Positions 1-10,612 are shown, counted from the first letter of the stretch. The stretch is DNA of 64,000 nucleotides from Candidatus Bathyarchaeota archaeon (GCA_963772455.1 CAVYXJ010000007.1:160001-224000), one strand, 5' to 3'. The notes: a model not told the origin generated them from the sequence alone. Numbers and translations: made by a program.

Positions 1-100
1 GGTTAAGAAATCATATTTTTAATAACTGAATATTTACAAGAGTTGCTGAAGGTAAAGAATATAGAGTTGTCCGATATGGAAACCAGAAAATATTTTGCTC

Positions 101-649
101 TCATCGACTTTTTATGGCGATTTCTCGAGCCCAAGCTTCGATATTGTTCCAGTCACGTGTATCATGTATTTTGGTAGTATCTAGTCCATTTTTTCTCAAA
201 CTTCTTCGATTAACTCTAACCATGACATCAACAATTAAGCCGTGACTTTGACTAAAATCCAGGAACCCACCGAAGAAACCATAAGCAATCGGTTTTAGGG
301 CGTACCGTTCAGCTGTATCTTGCAGATATTGCTTTTTTGCTCTCTCTCTTATTTCTGGTTCTACTCGGTCAGCCATTTGGCAACTTACAAACAAAGCAGT
401 TTTTTTGTTTTGCAAAAGTTTTTCGTTTTTTTCAATAAAAAACAAAGTCTCTTTAGTCCACTTGTCAGCTCGCATCCCACTACCAATAACAAAAAGGTCA
501 TATGGCTCAAGCTTTTTTGGCGGCTTTTTGGCATTAATAACATCTACACTACATCCTCCTTGTGTAAGAGTTTGCCCTATTTTATTGGCTACTTCAGCTG
601 TACCACCCCAACGACTTCCGTAGATTACAAGAATATTCACTGGTTTCAC
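101..649 (-). CDS. Flavodoxin-domain protein (HemG/Flavodoxin_5-like)
   Basis: N-terminal FMN loop IYGSRWGGTAEVA, VIGSG motif and C-terminal DTRDWNNIEAWA typical of HemG-like long-chain flavodoxins. Confidence 0.8.
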   Translation of the reverse strand: MKPVNILVIYGSRWGGTAEVANKIGQTLTQGGCSVDVINAKKPPKKLEPYDLFVIGSGMRADKWTKETLFFIEKNEKLLQNKKTALFVSCQMADRVEPEIRERAKKQYLQDTAERYALKPIAYGFFGGFLDFSQSHGLIVDVMVRVNRRSLRKNGLDTTKIHDTRDWNNIEAWAREIAIKSR

Positions 650-773
650 TCTACAAGTAGCCGTTTATGTTAGGTCATTTATGAATTATGCTGAAAAGTA
701 ATCAATATCAATGTAATTAAACTGGAGTAATAAAAAAATGAAAAAAAGGAAGATAGTTTTTTTGAGTTCTACT

Positions 774-3512
774 TTATTTCTTCTTGATTATCAATAGTGT
801 TGCGATTGCAACGGCAATGATTATAGCGATTGTTGAGCCTACGAAGTACATTTCAACTGGAGCTGGTTCTGCTGCAATTGGTTGTGGTGATGGTGTGGGT
901 ATTGCTCCCATGACTGCGAATGATGTCTCTGCATGTGAGGGATAGTACGAGTTTGTGCCAGCGAAAGTTGCGAATACAGTGTATGTTCCTTCAATATCTG
1001 GTTTCCATGTGTAGCTGAACACTCCATTTGCATCACTGGTGGCTGTGCCGATGTTGCGGAAGTTGCCATTAGAGTCAAGGACATCTATTGAGATTGGTAC
1101 ACCGGTTGCACTCATAGGTATTGGTTTTTGCATGTAAACATATGCCATCCAATCACCCATGCTAGCATCTGACATTGCGGGTACTCCATTGGGGAAACGA
1201 GCGGCTTGCTCGTCTTGTTTTGTGCCTGCAGAGATATCAGTTATTGTACCGCGAATGACAATGGGTTGTCCGGATGCCGCTGCGAGATCAGGTGAAGTAA
1301 CAGTTAATTGGCTTGGTCCTTTGCCGATGCAGTAGATGCGACTATCATAGGAGTTGAGGGTTGTTAGATACCCATCAGCGACTGGTGCTTGACCACCATA
1401 CATTTGGTTACCATAGTCTATGAGGGTCCAGATTTCTTCTCCAGTGGTTGCGTTGATACAACGATAGAGTGCATCTTTGTAGAGCGGAGAGTTTGGTGAG
1501 TGCTCTGTGGTGTCCACATAGATTTTGCCGTCAGCTATTGTGCTTATAAAGATTGGGTACCGACCATATGGTGTTATAAAACCACTTACTGTACTGTTGC
1601 CTTCGCCACCGTTGCCGTAACTCCAAAGTTGTTCTCCCGTCTTTACATCGTATGCGTATAGTACTCCAGCGTAGCCTGAGACGTAGAGTTTGCCGTATGC
1701 AATTCTATCTAAACCTAACGCCATAAAGTTGTAGTCGATTGTGTTATCAGTTGGAGTATCAGTAACCCACATTTGTGTTCCATCAACTAGACTAATGCCA
1801 GTGTGTGTGATGCTTTCTTTTTCTCCAAAAACAAATACTCCATTGCTCGGATCCCAATCGGAAATGAGACGTGAGTTATTGCCTGGTGCTGGCTGATATG
1901 TTTGACTCCAGATGACTGATCCACGTGAAGACGACTTGAGACTAAGGGCTGTTATGTTTCCCGGGTCAATTGATACTGTTACACCGAAGTCACCTGGATG
2001 TCCGCCGAAGCCTCCTTGAACTAGTAGTATAATGTCGTCAACTGACACTAATGGAATAATGTTTAGATTCGCTACACCTACGTTCCAACCTGTAGTTTTT
2101 AGTGATGGAATAGATATGTTCCAGTCATAAGCAGGTGTGGATACTGCTGCATAGCCTTGTGCTGTCCTAACGGTAGTAGATACCCACATAGAACCGTTCC
2201 AGTTCATTCCGCCTGGGTTTGCTGGTGTTATCGGGCAGTTTGCCGGTGTATTTCCAGAATACCATCCGCCTACGCCAGTACCTGAAGCTCCACCAAACAC
2301 TCTAGATGAATTCCATTGGCTAAGATAGTAATTAGGGTTAGAGGTGTTTCCTAAGTTAGTCAAAGTGTATCGTAGTAATTCACCTGATGGACCTGCCACG
2401 CTTGTGCCTGAGGGGACATTGCTCACATTCATTGTTGTTAAGTACCCGGTACGTGCATCATATGCTCGCCAGACTGTGCCTAAACCTGTAACTGTTTGTG
2501 TTGCAACTAGTATACCGTTTGGAAGTACTCCATGTTGGTTTTCAGTTTCTAATGAATACATATAGCCGAATGAAGGTACAAGTGAAACACCTGTAGCAGA
2601 AGCATTTATGCGCCATTGCTCTTGCCCTGTTTGTAGATTAACTGCTATGTAGTCGCCATTGCCTCCTCCGTTGCCCCATGGTTCTTGGTAGTATAGCACT
2701 CCATTCATTATGATGGGGTTTGCAAATCTGGTGTTGTAAGATAGACCAGAGTAGAACATTTCGCCCAGGACTTTGGTGTCACTTCCTCCGACAACTCCAC
2801 CCCATTGTATTGGTTTTGCCCACATAACATGTGGACTGTTTGGAGCTGCGCCGTCAGGCTGAACTGCACCGGGTATACCATAACCAGCGCCTGCACCAAT
2901 GATATAGGGTGATCCAAGCCAGTTAGAGGCAATAGAGTACCAGTAGGTATTTTGACCTTCTATGGGACGTGTCCAATATTCAGTGGGCAAAGGGTAACTA
3001 TCAGGTGCAGCTGGGATTGGCTCTTCTTGAACAGTCAGAGTGATTGTTTTGCTTGCTGCACCCCAAGTGTCATTGGTGTATGCTGTATTAGCGCCAGGAG
3101 TACTCGAGGTCCAAGTGTAGGTCTGTTTTGGATAATCGAATTTCAAAGAATAATTGCCAACTTGGTCAGGAGTATACTGCAAGTATTGTACACTAGTTGT
3201 ATCGCTTACTATCGGCCAGTTTTTTGTCTCTACTTGTCCATTGGGCTGGGTAATAGTCAGTTTATAATCATGTCGTCGGATGTCGTTTGATACGGTTGCG
3301 CCTAGAAGAGGACCGTCTATCCACATAACAACAGCAACGGTTTGGCCCACACCGACAGGATTAGGCGAAGCAACAATGTAAGCATAAGAATCAAACGTCC
3401 AGATAGGTGTGTGTGCACCTGTATTTGGCAGAAATGCCATTGACGAAGTCATCGCTATTATTAGGAAAATCGCCGTTAAAATTGTAGCTTTTCTGTTTTT
3501 TAAAATTTGCAT
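774..3512 (-). CDS. Secreted, C-terminally anchored PQQ-type beta-propeller/Ig-fold surface protein
   Basis: Signal peptide; repeated propeller motifs (AVNLQTGQEQW, AYDVKTGEQLW, CINATTGEEIW); Pro/Thr linker; C-terminal TM plus KKK. Confidence 0.75.
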   Translation of the reverse strand: MQILKNRKATILTAIFLIIAMTSSMAFLPNTGAHTPIWTFDSYAYIVASPNPVGVGQTVAVVMWIDGPLLGATVSNDIRRHDYKLTITQPNGQVETKNWPIVSDTTSVQYLQYTPDQVGNYSLKFDYPKQTYTWTSSTPGANTAYTNDTWGAASKTITLTVQEEPIPAAPDSYPLPTEYWTRPIEGQNTYWYSIASNWLGSPYIIGAGAGYGIPGAVQPDGAAPNSPHVMWAKPIQWGGVVGGSDTKVLGEMFYSGLSYNTRFANPIIMNGVLYYQEPWGNGGGNGDYIAVNLQTGQEQWRINASATGVSLVPSFGYMYSLETENQHGVLPNGILVATQTVTGLGTVWRAYDARTGYLTTMNVSNVPSGTSVAGPSGELLRYTLTNLGNTSNPNYYLSQWNSSRVFGGASGTGVGGWYSGNTPANCPITPANPGGMNWNGSMWVSTTVRTAQGYAAVSTPAYDWNISIPSLKTTGWNVGVANLNIIPLVSVDDIILLVQGGFGGHPGDFGVTVSIDPGNITALSLKSSSRGSVIWSQTYQPAPGNNSRLISDWDPSNGVFVFGEKESITHTGISLVDGTQMWVTDTPTDNTIDYNFMALGLDRIAYGKLYVSGYAGVLYAYDVKTGEQLWSYGNGGEGNSTVSGFITPYGRYPIFISTIADGKIYVDTTEHSPNSPLYKDALYRCINATTGEEIWTLIDYGNQMYGGQAPVADGYLTTLNSYDSRIYCIGKGPSQLTVTSPDLAAASGQPIVIRGTITDISAGTKQDEQAARFPNGVPAMSDASMGDWMAYVYMQKPIPMSATGVPISIDVLDSNGNFRNIGTATSDANGVFSYTWKPDIEGTYTVFATFAGTNSYYPSHAETSFAVMGAIPTPSPQPIAAEPAPVEMYFVGSTIAIIIAVAIATLLIIKKK

Positions 3513-3795
3513 ATGTATTTTTTTCTCCTATTTAATTTTTTTGAACGAGGAGATATGAGATATCTCCACAATTCAATGCCCACTTCATCTGTATCATTTT
3601 GTTTATAAGACTTATGTAAAAACATTGCAACTAAAAAAAAATTCAAACTATGATTTTAGTTTTGAAGAATCTAAAAAAACCTACAAGCAAAAACCAGTAT
3701 TACATAATGAAAAAAAAATTATTAATTCTAAATTAAAGAAAATAAAGGAAAAAATTCCCAGTCAAATAAACAAGTGCCCACTGGGAACTTTAAGG

Positions 3796-5223
3796 TTATT
3801 CGCCCAGAATTCTTCTAAACGCCGGGAACATTTCTGCAGCGCGTTCACGCATTAGCAGTTCGTAGTATTGGTAGATTATACCCACTGACAGTAAGATGCC
3901 TGTGCCTGTTCCGAAGGCGCCAAAGAAGTCTGAAACACCCGCCACAAGCCCTACAATTATGCCTCCTAATACTGTAACTACTGGTATGTACCTTTTTAGG
4001 ATGGCTTCGATTGGTCTTCCCGATCGTCGGTATCCTGGTATTTGCATACCGCTGTCCATTAGTTGCTTTGCTACTTTTGCAGGTCCTAAGCCACCGACCT
4101 CTAGCCATATCAGCGAGAATATAGCGCAGAAAGCTATGATTATTGCCAAATAAACTGAAGCTTGTAAGGGTGCTGCAATGACTCCCTGTATGTTGCGGGG
4201 TGGAGTTACGAAGTATGCTAAGCCTCCTACAGGTGTAATGCTGCCAGAGGTTGCATTGTAACTATAGTCACCTATTATCTGGAAGAAAATGTTTGTTCCT
4301 GGAGCTGGCTTGTTAAACTGGCTCCATAGAAGTTGGCTGAAGAAGTAAACGTTTGCAAATAGTGCTGATGCAAAGATAACTGGCAAGTTTGAAACATATA
4401 GCAGTTTAATTGGGTATCTGCTTCGGAAACCTTTGTAGCCCGCATAGCTCATTGGAAGTTCTATTCTTATTCCTTGAAGGTAAATTACTATCAAGAAAAC
4501 CGCGATAGTAGCAATTAAACCTATTAGTGTTGGGTAAACGCCTCCAGCTGAGCCAAAAGCCCATTCGCCTAATGTTTGTTGGCCGCCTAAATAGGATGAG
4601 AGAGAACCCACAAATAAGCCTGTTGGCGGTGAAAATGTTGACCACAGAATAGTCTGTGCCACACCAGCCATTATGAATAAGCTGATTCCGCTACCTAGTC
4701 CCCAACCCTTCTGGACTAGTTCATCCATCAACATGATAATTACACCTGTAATTATCAACTGCAGGAAAATTACAAGTACCGTTGGCCCAGAAAGGTCTAC
4801 CCCAATTTGTCCGTACATGCCGCTTAGAATATACGCTCCTGCTTGGATACCTGTAAGTATAATTGTGAAGACTTTGCTTGCGGAAGTAAAGAGGCCTCTA
4901 TCTTCAGAGTTTGACATGTCACATTTGATTATTGAAGAGCCTGCGAGTAGTTGGAGAATTAAACCTGCCGTGACTATAGGGCCAATTCCAAGTTCCATTA
5001 ATGTTCCGCGGTTAGAAGCGAAAATTACTCGCAATTGACCAAACTGGTCTGACGCTGACTGTGCAACCCCATAGAGTGGGATTTCAGTCATGACTAAGAA
5101 AATAACTAGAACAAGAGCTGTCCAGAAGATTTTTTCGTTAAAGCTAACTTTTCGCTCAGGTTTCTTTATTTCAGGTAGAACTCTTCCGATTGGTTTAAAG
5201 AGACTGAGGAATCTTCCGGGCAT
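3796..5223 (-). CDS. secY: Preprotein translocase SecY/Sec61alpha
   Basis: LMELGIGPIVTAG, GLGSGISLFI, YPIKLLYVSNLPVI, GTGILL motifs; end of r-protein cluster. Confidence 0.98.
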   Translation of the reverse strand: MPGRFLSLFKPIGRVLPEIKKPERKVSFNEKIFWTALVLVIFLVMTEIPLYGVAQSASDQFGQLRVIFASNRGTLMELGIGPIVTAGLILQLLAGSSIIKCDMSNSEDRGLFTSASKVFTIILTGIQAGAYILSGMYGQIGVDLSGPTVLVIFLQLIITGVIIMLMDELVQKGWGLGSGISLFIMAGVAQTILWSTFSPPTGLFVGSLSSYLGGQQTLGEWAFGSAGGVYPTLIGLIATIAVFLIVIYLQGIRIELPMSYAGYKGFRSRYPIKLLYVSNLPVIFASALFANVYFFSQLLWSQFNKPAPGTNIFFQIIGDYSYNATSGSITPVGGLAYFVTPPRNIQGVIAAPLQASVYLAIIIAFCAIFSLIWLEVGGLGPAKVAKQLMDSGMQIPGYRRSGRPIEAILKRYIPVVTVLGGIIVGLVAGVSDFFGAFGTGTGILLSVGIIYQYYELLMRERAAEMFPAFRRILGE

Positions 5224-5232
5224 TTAACAGCT

Positions 5233-5643
5233 TTACTCTCCGCGTGGTTGGGGAGCTACGATTTTTCCGCCTGCTTGTGTGACTTTTTCTTGGGCTGTTT
5301 TTGAGAAGGTTGCCACTTTTATGGTTAAGGCTTTAGTTATTTTTCCTGTTCCTAAAAGTTTGGTGTAGCCTAGTTCGGTTAAGTTTATTTCGCTGCCTTT
5401 TGCAAGTTGGTCAAGTTTGATTAGGTTGATTGGATTGTCGTTTGTGTGCAAGCTTTGGGGTGAGGTAAAGCCGTGTTTTCCGAAATAGTTGGGTTCAGAT
5501 GTGACAACTAAACTCCAGAGGTGTTTGTGTCTTCCTACTTTTCGGTGTCCTTTACTTCCGGAGTCTCGATGTTGACCTATTCTTCCGTAACCTTGTGTTC
5601 TTGAGCCTCTTGTTTTTCGGATTTTTCTAAGTTTATGTGGCAT
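5233..5643 (-). CDS. rpl15: 50S ribosomal protein uL15
   Basis: RGSRTQGYGRIGQHR, YFGKHGF, KLLGTGK; directly upstream of secY. Confidence 0.97.
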   Translation of the reverse strand: MPHKLRKIRKTRGSRTQGYGRIGQHRDSGSKGHRKVGRHKHLWSLVVTSEPNYFGKHGFTSPQSLHTNDNPINLIKLDQLAKGSEINLTELGYTKLLGTGKITKALTIKVATFSKTAQEKVTQAGGKIVAPQPRGE

Positions 5644-6076
5644 TTTGATCAGCTTCTTTGTCTATTGTTTCTGCCTTTTTTAGTTTGATTTCGAGCACGC
5701 CATTCTTGAATTTAGTGTGCATCGCGTTTGGAATCACTACCGTCGGAAGATTTAAACTTTTATAGTATCTTCGATCTTTTGATTTTGCCGACAGCGTAAG
5801 TTTCTGGTCTTTCACATTTATCTTGAGAGTTTCCTTATTAAAGCCTACTATTTCAGCTACAATTGTGATAAAACCGTTTTCTTGAAAGATATCAATTAAT
5901 GGCTTAGGATCTTCAAATTTGCGTTTAGCAAAACTCTTGGATGGGCGAAAATTTGTGTGCATTGGAATTGCTTTTACACGTTTAGTAGTTTGGGGTGTAT
6001 GGGGTTTTCTGTTTTTTAGATTGTTAAAATCTAGCCATTTTCGATTTTTACTGGTTCTCTTCCATCTTGCACTCAT
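5633..6076 (-). CDS. Hsp20/alpha-crystallin-domain protein with basic N-terminus
   Basis: PLIDIFQE...IVAEIVG...YYKSLNLP...FKNGVLEIKL; own TATA (TTTTATAA near 6123-6130) and GGAGG upstream. Confidence 0.8.
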   Translation of the reverse strand: MSARWKRTSKNRKWLDFNNLKNRKPHTPQTTKRVKAIPMHTNFRPSKSFAKRKFEDPKPLIDIFQENGFITIVAEIVGFNKETLKINVKDQKLTLSAKSKDRRYYKSLNLPTVVIPNAMHTKFKNGVLEIKLKKAETIDKEADQNAT

Positions 6077-6443
6077 TGTGTTCTTTCCCCCTCCAATTAA
6101 CTAACGCATCTGCCTGAGGACATTATAAAACATATCGCACATAAAGGGTTACAAAATACTTGAACAACAATCAGCAAAATACCAATGCAAACAGCGATTG
6201 CATGGTAGTTTGTGGTGGGAACCTGTTTTTTTTTGGTTGTCGATCGATCCTGAATGAAGGCTTTCCGTTTGAGGGAGCAAACTATGACGACTTTTCTTTT
6301 GTTGGTGTTTTTGGTTATTTTATATTAGGTTATGGCTATTATTGACTCTAAACAAGACAATAGCACGACAGCCAAAATCTATAGTCGATGTGAAATAGAA
6401 TTCTTTATGAAAAATTGATTATAAAATATTGAACGCTGGTTGT

Positions 6444-6932
6444 TTAAACCATGCGTTGTACTAATGCGTTTATTGCTTCTCCGCGGTAGCCTGCTTCGCC
6501 GCCGGCTTTGAAGCCTTTTTTGGTTTTGCCCTTGTAGCCTTTGCTTGGTGGATGTAATCTGAACCGCGCTTGTATATCGGGAAGTTTGCCATATTGTACT
6601 TTGTTGCTGAAAATTGCTTCTGCGAGGTCTTCGATATTTTTGTAGCCTATTTTGGTTATGTATTCTTCTGTTAGTTTTTTATCGCCTGCCAAGAGAGCGC
6701 GTTTCTGCAACATCATAACTATGGTTTCTTTTGTTGGTTCACCGTAGGTAACGTAGGAGTTTACTCTTTGCAGCATGCCTTTGTAGGCTGGTCGGCTATC
6801 GATTATAACTGCGTGGTTAGTGTGAGTTAAATGGAGCAGTTCAAGGGTTTCTCTAGCTTCGCGTTGTGCACTAACAGTTCCTCTAATTCTTACGACAACA
6901 AGAGGTTTGTATTCTTCTGTTTTCTGCGCCAT
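6444..6932 (-). CDS. rpl30: 50S ribosomal protein uL30
   Basis: VVRIRG, GMLQRVNSYVTYGE, FRLHPP, GYRGEAIN. Confidence 0.97.
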   Translation of the reverse strand: MAQKTEEYKPLVVVRIRGTVSAQREARETLELLHLTHTNHAVIIDSRPAYKGMLQRVNSYVTYGEPTKETIVMMLQKRALLAGDKKLTEEYITKIGYKNIEDLAEAIFSNKVQYGKLPDIQARFRLHPPSKGYKGKTKKGFKAGGEAGYRGEAINALVQRMV

Positions 6933-6933
6933 T

Positions 6934-7581
6934 TTACTTCACCCAGTCCACTGTGGTAATCAAATTATAAGTCTTCCTCAGTCCATCAAAGATTGCACAT
7001 GCATAAGATGGCACAGTTCTAGTTGATCCGAAGCTTCTCATCCAAAGGTCTTTAACGCCTGCTAATCCCAAAATGACTTTTGCAACTTCGCTAGAAACCA
7101 AGCCTAAGCCTCTTGGTCCTGGAACAATGATTACTCGGACACCGCCACATTTACCCTCCACTTCAAATGGCACCGAATGTGGTTTACCGCATCCGCATTC
7201 CCAACTTCCGCATCCCCGTTTAACTGGTATGATGTTTAAGCGGGCATTTACAGCTGCTTTTTCGATGGCATTTCTTACTTGGCTAGCCTTTCCCGAGCCT
7301 AAGCCTATATAGCCATCTCGGTTTCCTACTGCAACGATAGCTTTGAAACGAGATTTTTCGCCTGCGTCAGTTTGTTTTTGTACAAGGTTAACGTTTATGA
7401 CTTCTTCTTGTAAATCAGGAATCAGTGAGTCGACGATCTGTGATTCAGAAATTTTTATGCCGCTTAGGAAGACGTCTTCAATACTAGTTATTTTGCCTTC
7501 CTGAATCATTTTGCCCAGCCTGGTTTTGGGAATCCAGGTTTCTAAGTTAACTGTTCGTTTTTCTCTTGGATTTCTACTCAT
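6934..7581 (-). CDS. rps5: 30S ribosomal protein uS5
   Basis: WIPKTRLG, VQKQTDAGE, GCGSWEC, PGPRGLGLV. Confidence 0.98.
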   Translation of the reverse strand: MSRNPREKRTVNLETWIPKTRLGKMIQEGKITSIEDVFLSGIKISESQIVDSLIPDLQEEVINVNLVQKQTDAGEKSRFKAIVAVGNRDGYIGLGSGKASQVRNAIEKAAVNARLNIIPVKRGCGSWECGCGKPHSVPFEVEGKCGGVRVIIVPGPRGLGLVSSEVAKVILGLAGVKDLWMRSFGSTRTVPSYACAIFDGLRKTYNLITTVDWVK

Positions 7582-8462
7582 TCTTTCTTTCCACCTTTCT
7601 TAGTAACCTTTTTTTTGGGTGCCTTAACTTCAGTTTCGGTAGTTAGCTTGGAAGCTTTTTCTTTGGTTGCTTTTGCTTTTGGCACCTTTGCTTTTGAGAC
7701 TTTTGCTTTAGGTGCTTTAGCCACTGATTTTCCTTTAACGGGCTTTGCTGCTACCGGTTTTTCTTCTTTAACCTCAACTGGAGCTTCTTCTTTGATTGGT
7801 GCTTTAACTGCCGCTTTCGGAGCTTTCTCTTTTAAAGCAGCTTTCGGCGGTGCAGCCACTTCGGGCAACTTAGCACCCTTAGATACAGCTATGATATCAG
7901 CTTTAACTTTAGTAAAGTGTTCAACTATTTTTTCTGGAGTAACACCTTGAGCAGTGTATTGTGAGAATTTCGCGATGTATTCTTCTGAACCTGCACCCAA
8001 ATTTTTAGCGTATTTGGCTATGTGTTCACCTTTCATGCGTTCTTTAACGATTTTATCTTCACTGTGAGGTACTTCGACACCAGCATCAACAACTCCGCTT
8101 AAAACAGCAAAGATTTTTGAGCCTTTAGTGGGAGAAACCAAGCCTATGTCAAGGATTGCTTCTTTGATGCCTGCAGCCTTTGCCTTCACACCGCAAAGAA
8201 AACCTGTTAAGTAAGAGGCAGGAATGTTACCTGTTGGTGCTCTCCAACCATAAGATTTGATGAGTTCGCGGCTGTTTGCTGAAGCTAAAACCTCGTCTCC
8301 GTGGGGTTTAGCAATTATTATTTGAACTTCAACATTCTTTATTGATGCCCTTGTAACAAGCCTGGGCTTTCTTGAAGTAACCAAAGCTTTGCGAGCTTGG
8401 TAATCAGTTTTTCCTTCACGTCTTCGTCTTAAGTGTACTCGATAACTACTACCTTTTGCCAT
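7578..8462 (-). CDS. rpl18: 50S ribosomal protein uL18 with long K/A/P/E-rich C-terminal extension
   Basis: RRRREGKTDY, NIPASYLTG, AILDIG. Confidence 0.97.
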   Translation of the reverse strand: MAKGSSYRVHLRRRREGKTDYQARKALVTSRKPRLVTRASIKNVEVQIIIAKPHGDEVLASANSRELIKSYGWRAPTGNIPASYLTGFLCGVKAKAAGIKEAILDIGLVSPTKGSKIFAVLSGVVDAGVEVPHSEDKIVKERMKGEHIAKYAKNLGAGSEEYIAKFSQYTAQGVTPEKIVEHFTKVKADIIAVSKGAKLPEVAAPPKAALKEKAPKAAVKAPIKEEAPVEVKEEKPVAAKPVKGKSVAKAPKAKVSKAKVPKAKATKEKASKLTTETEVKAPKKKVTKKGGKKE

Positions 8463-8463
8463 C

Positions 8464-8919
8464 TTAACGTTTCCTCCATAAATCGTGCGCTTTCAAATTG
8501 CGTTCTAAATCAGCAATAGACTCAAACCTGCCGCTGCCTGCCATCCTGTAATATTGGCTGTAGGTGGTTTCAGCTATGACTTTTCTTGCTTTCAATTCTC
8601 TAAGTTTGCGTCTTAGAGAGCGAATCTTTATCATCCAAGCTTCCTTCTTGGTAACTTTTGCGCGGGCTGCACCTTTTATGCTTCCAGGACCACTACGTCT
8701 GCCCTTAAGTTTCTTAGCTCTAATAACCTTAGCTCTGGATCTGCTTACTCCTTGCTCAGGTAATGAAACTATGATTTTTTCATGAATGAGTTTTCTAACT
8801 TCTTGTCGTGTAATTGCGCCTTCAACATCGTCCATTCGTTCGGGATTAATCCAAACACGGTTCTGTCCGATCTTTAGAATTCGAGCAGCTAAACGTCTTT
8901 GTCCGGCTAAGTCAGTCAT
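8464..8919 (-). CDS. rpl19e: 50S ribosomal protein eL19
   Basis: QRRLAARILKIGQNRVWI, GSIKG, WMIKIRSLRR. Confidence 0.97.
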   Translation of the reverse strand: MTDLAGQRRLAARILKIGQNRVWINPERMDDVEGAITRQEVRKLIHEKIIVSLPEQGVSRSRAKVIRAKKLKGRRSGPGSIKGAARAKVTKKEAWMIKIRSLRRKLRELKARKVIAETTYSQYYRMAGSGRFESIADLERNLKAHDLWRKR

Positions 8920-9476
8920 TGTTTCTTTTCTCCCTTCTTCTTTGGTTTAGGTTTTTTGGTTGCTTTCTTTTTGGTTTCTTTCTTGGGTTTTTTCTCTTCT
9001 TTCTTGACTTTCGTTTCTTCGGTTTTTGTCGTTGCTTCTTCGCCTTCAGCAGTTTCTTCTGTTTTCTCTTCAGCTTCTTTTGTTACTTTGAGGTTTAAGA
9101 TTTTGATGTTAAGGTTCTTTGCTTCTGCGATGATTTGAGCGCGTTTTCTTTTACCGACGGTATGAGAGATTCGTGCAGCTTGAGTGTTAGGATCCATAAG
9201 TGATAAGCCTTGAACATTGAAGACTATTACTTCGCGGTATCCAGATGGATGTAGGAAACGGGCAACTTTGGGTCCTTTGTAACCCACACTAACTCCTGCG
9301 GGCCAACCTTTAATTTTCCGACGGATCTTGTTGTCTAATCCGCGTGGTCGTCTCCAGCTTAAGCTAAAGCGATCATATTTCCAACTTTCTGCCCTAATGA
9401 ATTTGGGTTTCTTATTCTTTGCGCGCGCTCTAAGTTTGAGGGCTTCGCGTGATAATGATGGTTTCTTTTCGGACAT
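8916..9476 (-). CDS. rpl32e: 50S ribosomal protein eL32 with charged C-terminal extension
   Basis: WRRPRGLDNKIR, HPSGYREV. Confidence 0.97.
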   Translation of the reverse strand: MSEKKPSLSREALKLRARAKNKKPKFIRAESWKYDRFSLSWRRPRGLDNKIRRKIKGWPAGVSVGYKGPKVARFLHPSGYREVIVFNVQGLSLMDPNTQAARISHTVGKRKRAQIIAEAKNLNIKILNLKVTKEAEEKTEETAEGEEATTKTEETKVKKEEKKPKKETKKKATKKPKPKKKGEKKQ

Positions 9477-10021
9477 TATGCCATTCCTTCGTTTCTTTCA
9501 TATACGAAAATACCGTCAAGGAAAACACGTGGGTCCTTGTTTCGGACGCGTGTGGACTGTTCAATGTTGGCGGCAGTTTGGCTGACTTCTTCTAAATCTG
9601 TACCTTCAACGATGATGTCGTCTGTTTCTATTTTTACTTTAACGCTGCCGATTATTCCTATTTTTCGAGGTCTTCGTTCGCCTGTAAAGTTTTCAATCAA
9701 GACGGATTTATCTTGGATCTTTACTGAGATTGGGAAGTGGGAGAATACGATTTTGAGTTTGTATTGATAACCTTTTGTTACGCCAATAATCATGTTTTGT
9801 ATATGGGAGTAGATTGTTCCTACTAGAGCAGCTTCCTTTTTGCGTGGCCATTTTGCCCAAATTCGCACGTTTTTGCCTTCACCTTCTATTGATATTGGAG
9901 CAAACGAGAAGTCGCGTGTTAATGTTCCTTTGGCACCTTTAACGTTGATCTTTTTGTCATTAATGCTTAAGGTTACGTTGTCTGGAACTTGAACTGTTTT
10001 TGATACTTCTGGAAGCCGCAT
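9476..10021 (-). CDS. rpl6: 50S ribosomal protein uL6
   Basis: SHFPI, ENFTGER, KDPRVFLDGIFV. Confidence 0.98.
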   Translation of the reverse strand: MRLPEVSKTVQVPDNVTLSINDKKINVKGAKGTLTRDFSFAPISIEGEGKNVRIWAKWPRKKEAALVGTIYSHIQNMIIGVTKGYQYKLKIVFSHFPISVKIQDKSVLIENFTGERRPRKIGIIGSVKVKIETDDIIVEGTDLEEVSQTAANIEQSTRVRNKDPRVFLDGIFVYERNEGMA

Positions 10022-10032
10022 ATGTTACACTC

Positions 10033-10416
10033 CTAATACACGAAGGCTAAGAGCCTTCCTCCAAGGTTTTTCGTTTCGGCATCTTTATGTGCAATAACGC
10101 CTTTTGAAGTTGAAACAACCATTATGCCGACATCTCGGGATGGTAAGAATTTCTTTTCCCATTCTTCGAAATCGCCGACTTTCACTGCAAATCTTGGTTT
10201 AACTGGACCACATTTGTTTATTCTGCCTAGTAGTTGAACCTTGAATTTTCCAGAGCGACCATCGTCAATAAATTCGAATTCTCCGATAAAGCCGTTAAGT
10301 TGCATAATGCGAAGGACGCGTCCCAAAAGTTTAGAGGCAGGGCTAATTATGCATTCACGCTTGTTGCGTGTTTCATTATTTTTGATAGTTATCAAACCAT
10401 TTGTTAAGGTATCCAT
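10033..10416 (-). CDS. rps8: 30S ribosomal protein uS8
   Basis: IDDGRSGK, LLGRINKCG, VSTSKG, GGRLLAFVY. Confidence 0.98.
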   Translation of the reverse strand: MDTLTNGLITIKNNETRNKRECIISPASKLLGRVLRIMQLNGFIGEFEFIDDGRSGKFKVQLLGRINKCGPVKPRFAVKVGDFEEWEKKFLPSRDVGIMVVSTSKGVIAHKDAETKNLGGRLLAFVY

Positions 10417-10432
10417 TGTTTTTCTTTAGCTC

Positions 10433-10597
10433 CTACTCGTATTTTTTGAACCCTAATTTTGGGGCTGCTTCTCTAAAACAGCATCTACATAGATATAAAT
10501 TGTAACGTCGAATGACTGGACCATAACCGCCACATCTAACACATGGGCGTGAACCTTTGCCATATTTTCTTACTTTCTTAACTTGCTCTTTTCCCAT
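10433..10597 (-). CDS. rps14: 30S ribosomal protein uS14, zinc type (54 aa, absent from ORF track)
   Basis: Hand translation [54 protein letters not shown]; expected position between rpl5 and rps8. Confidence 0.97.
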   Translation of the reverse strand: MGKEQVKKVRKYGKGSRPCVRCGGYGPVIRRYNLYLCRCCFREAAPKLGFKKYE

Positions 10598-10612
10598 AAA
10601 TTCACTCTCAGT

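Noticed and set aside
6160-6345. 61-aa plus-strand ORF in the rpl30-hsp20 spacer
   Set aside because: Low-complexity T/G-rich sequence antisense to the operon, with no RBS or motif
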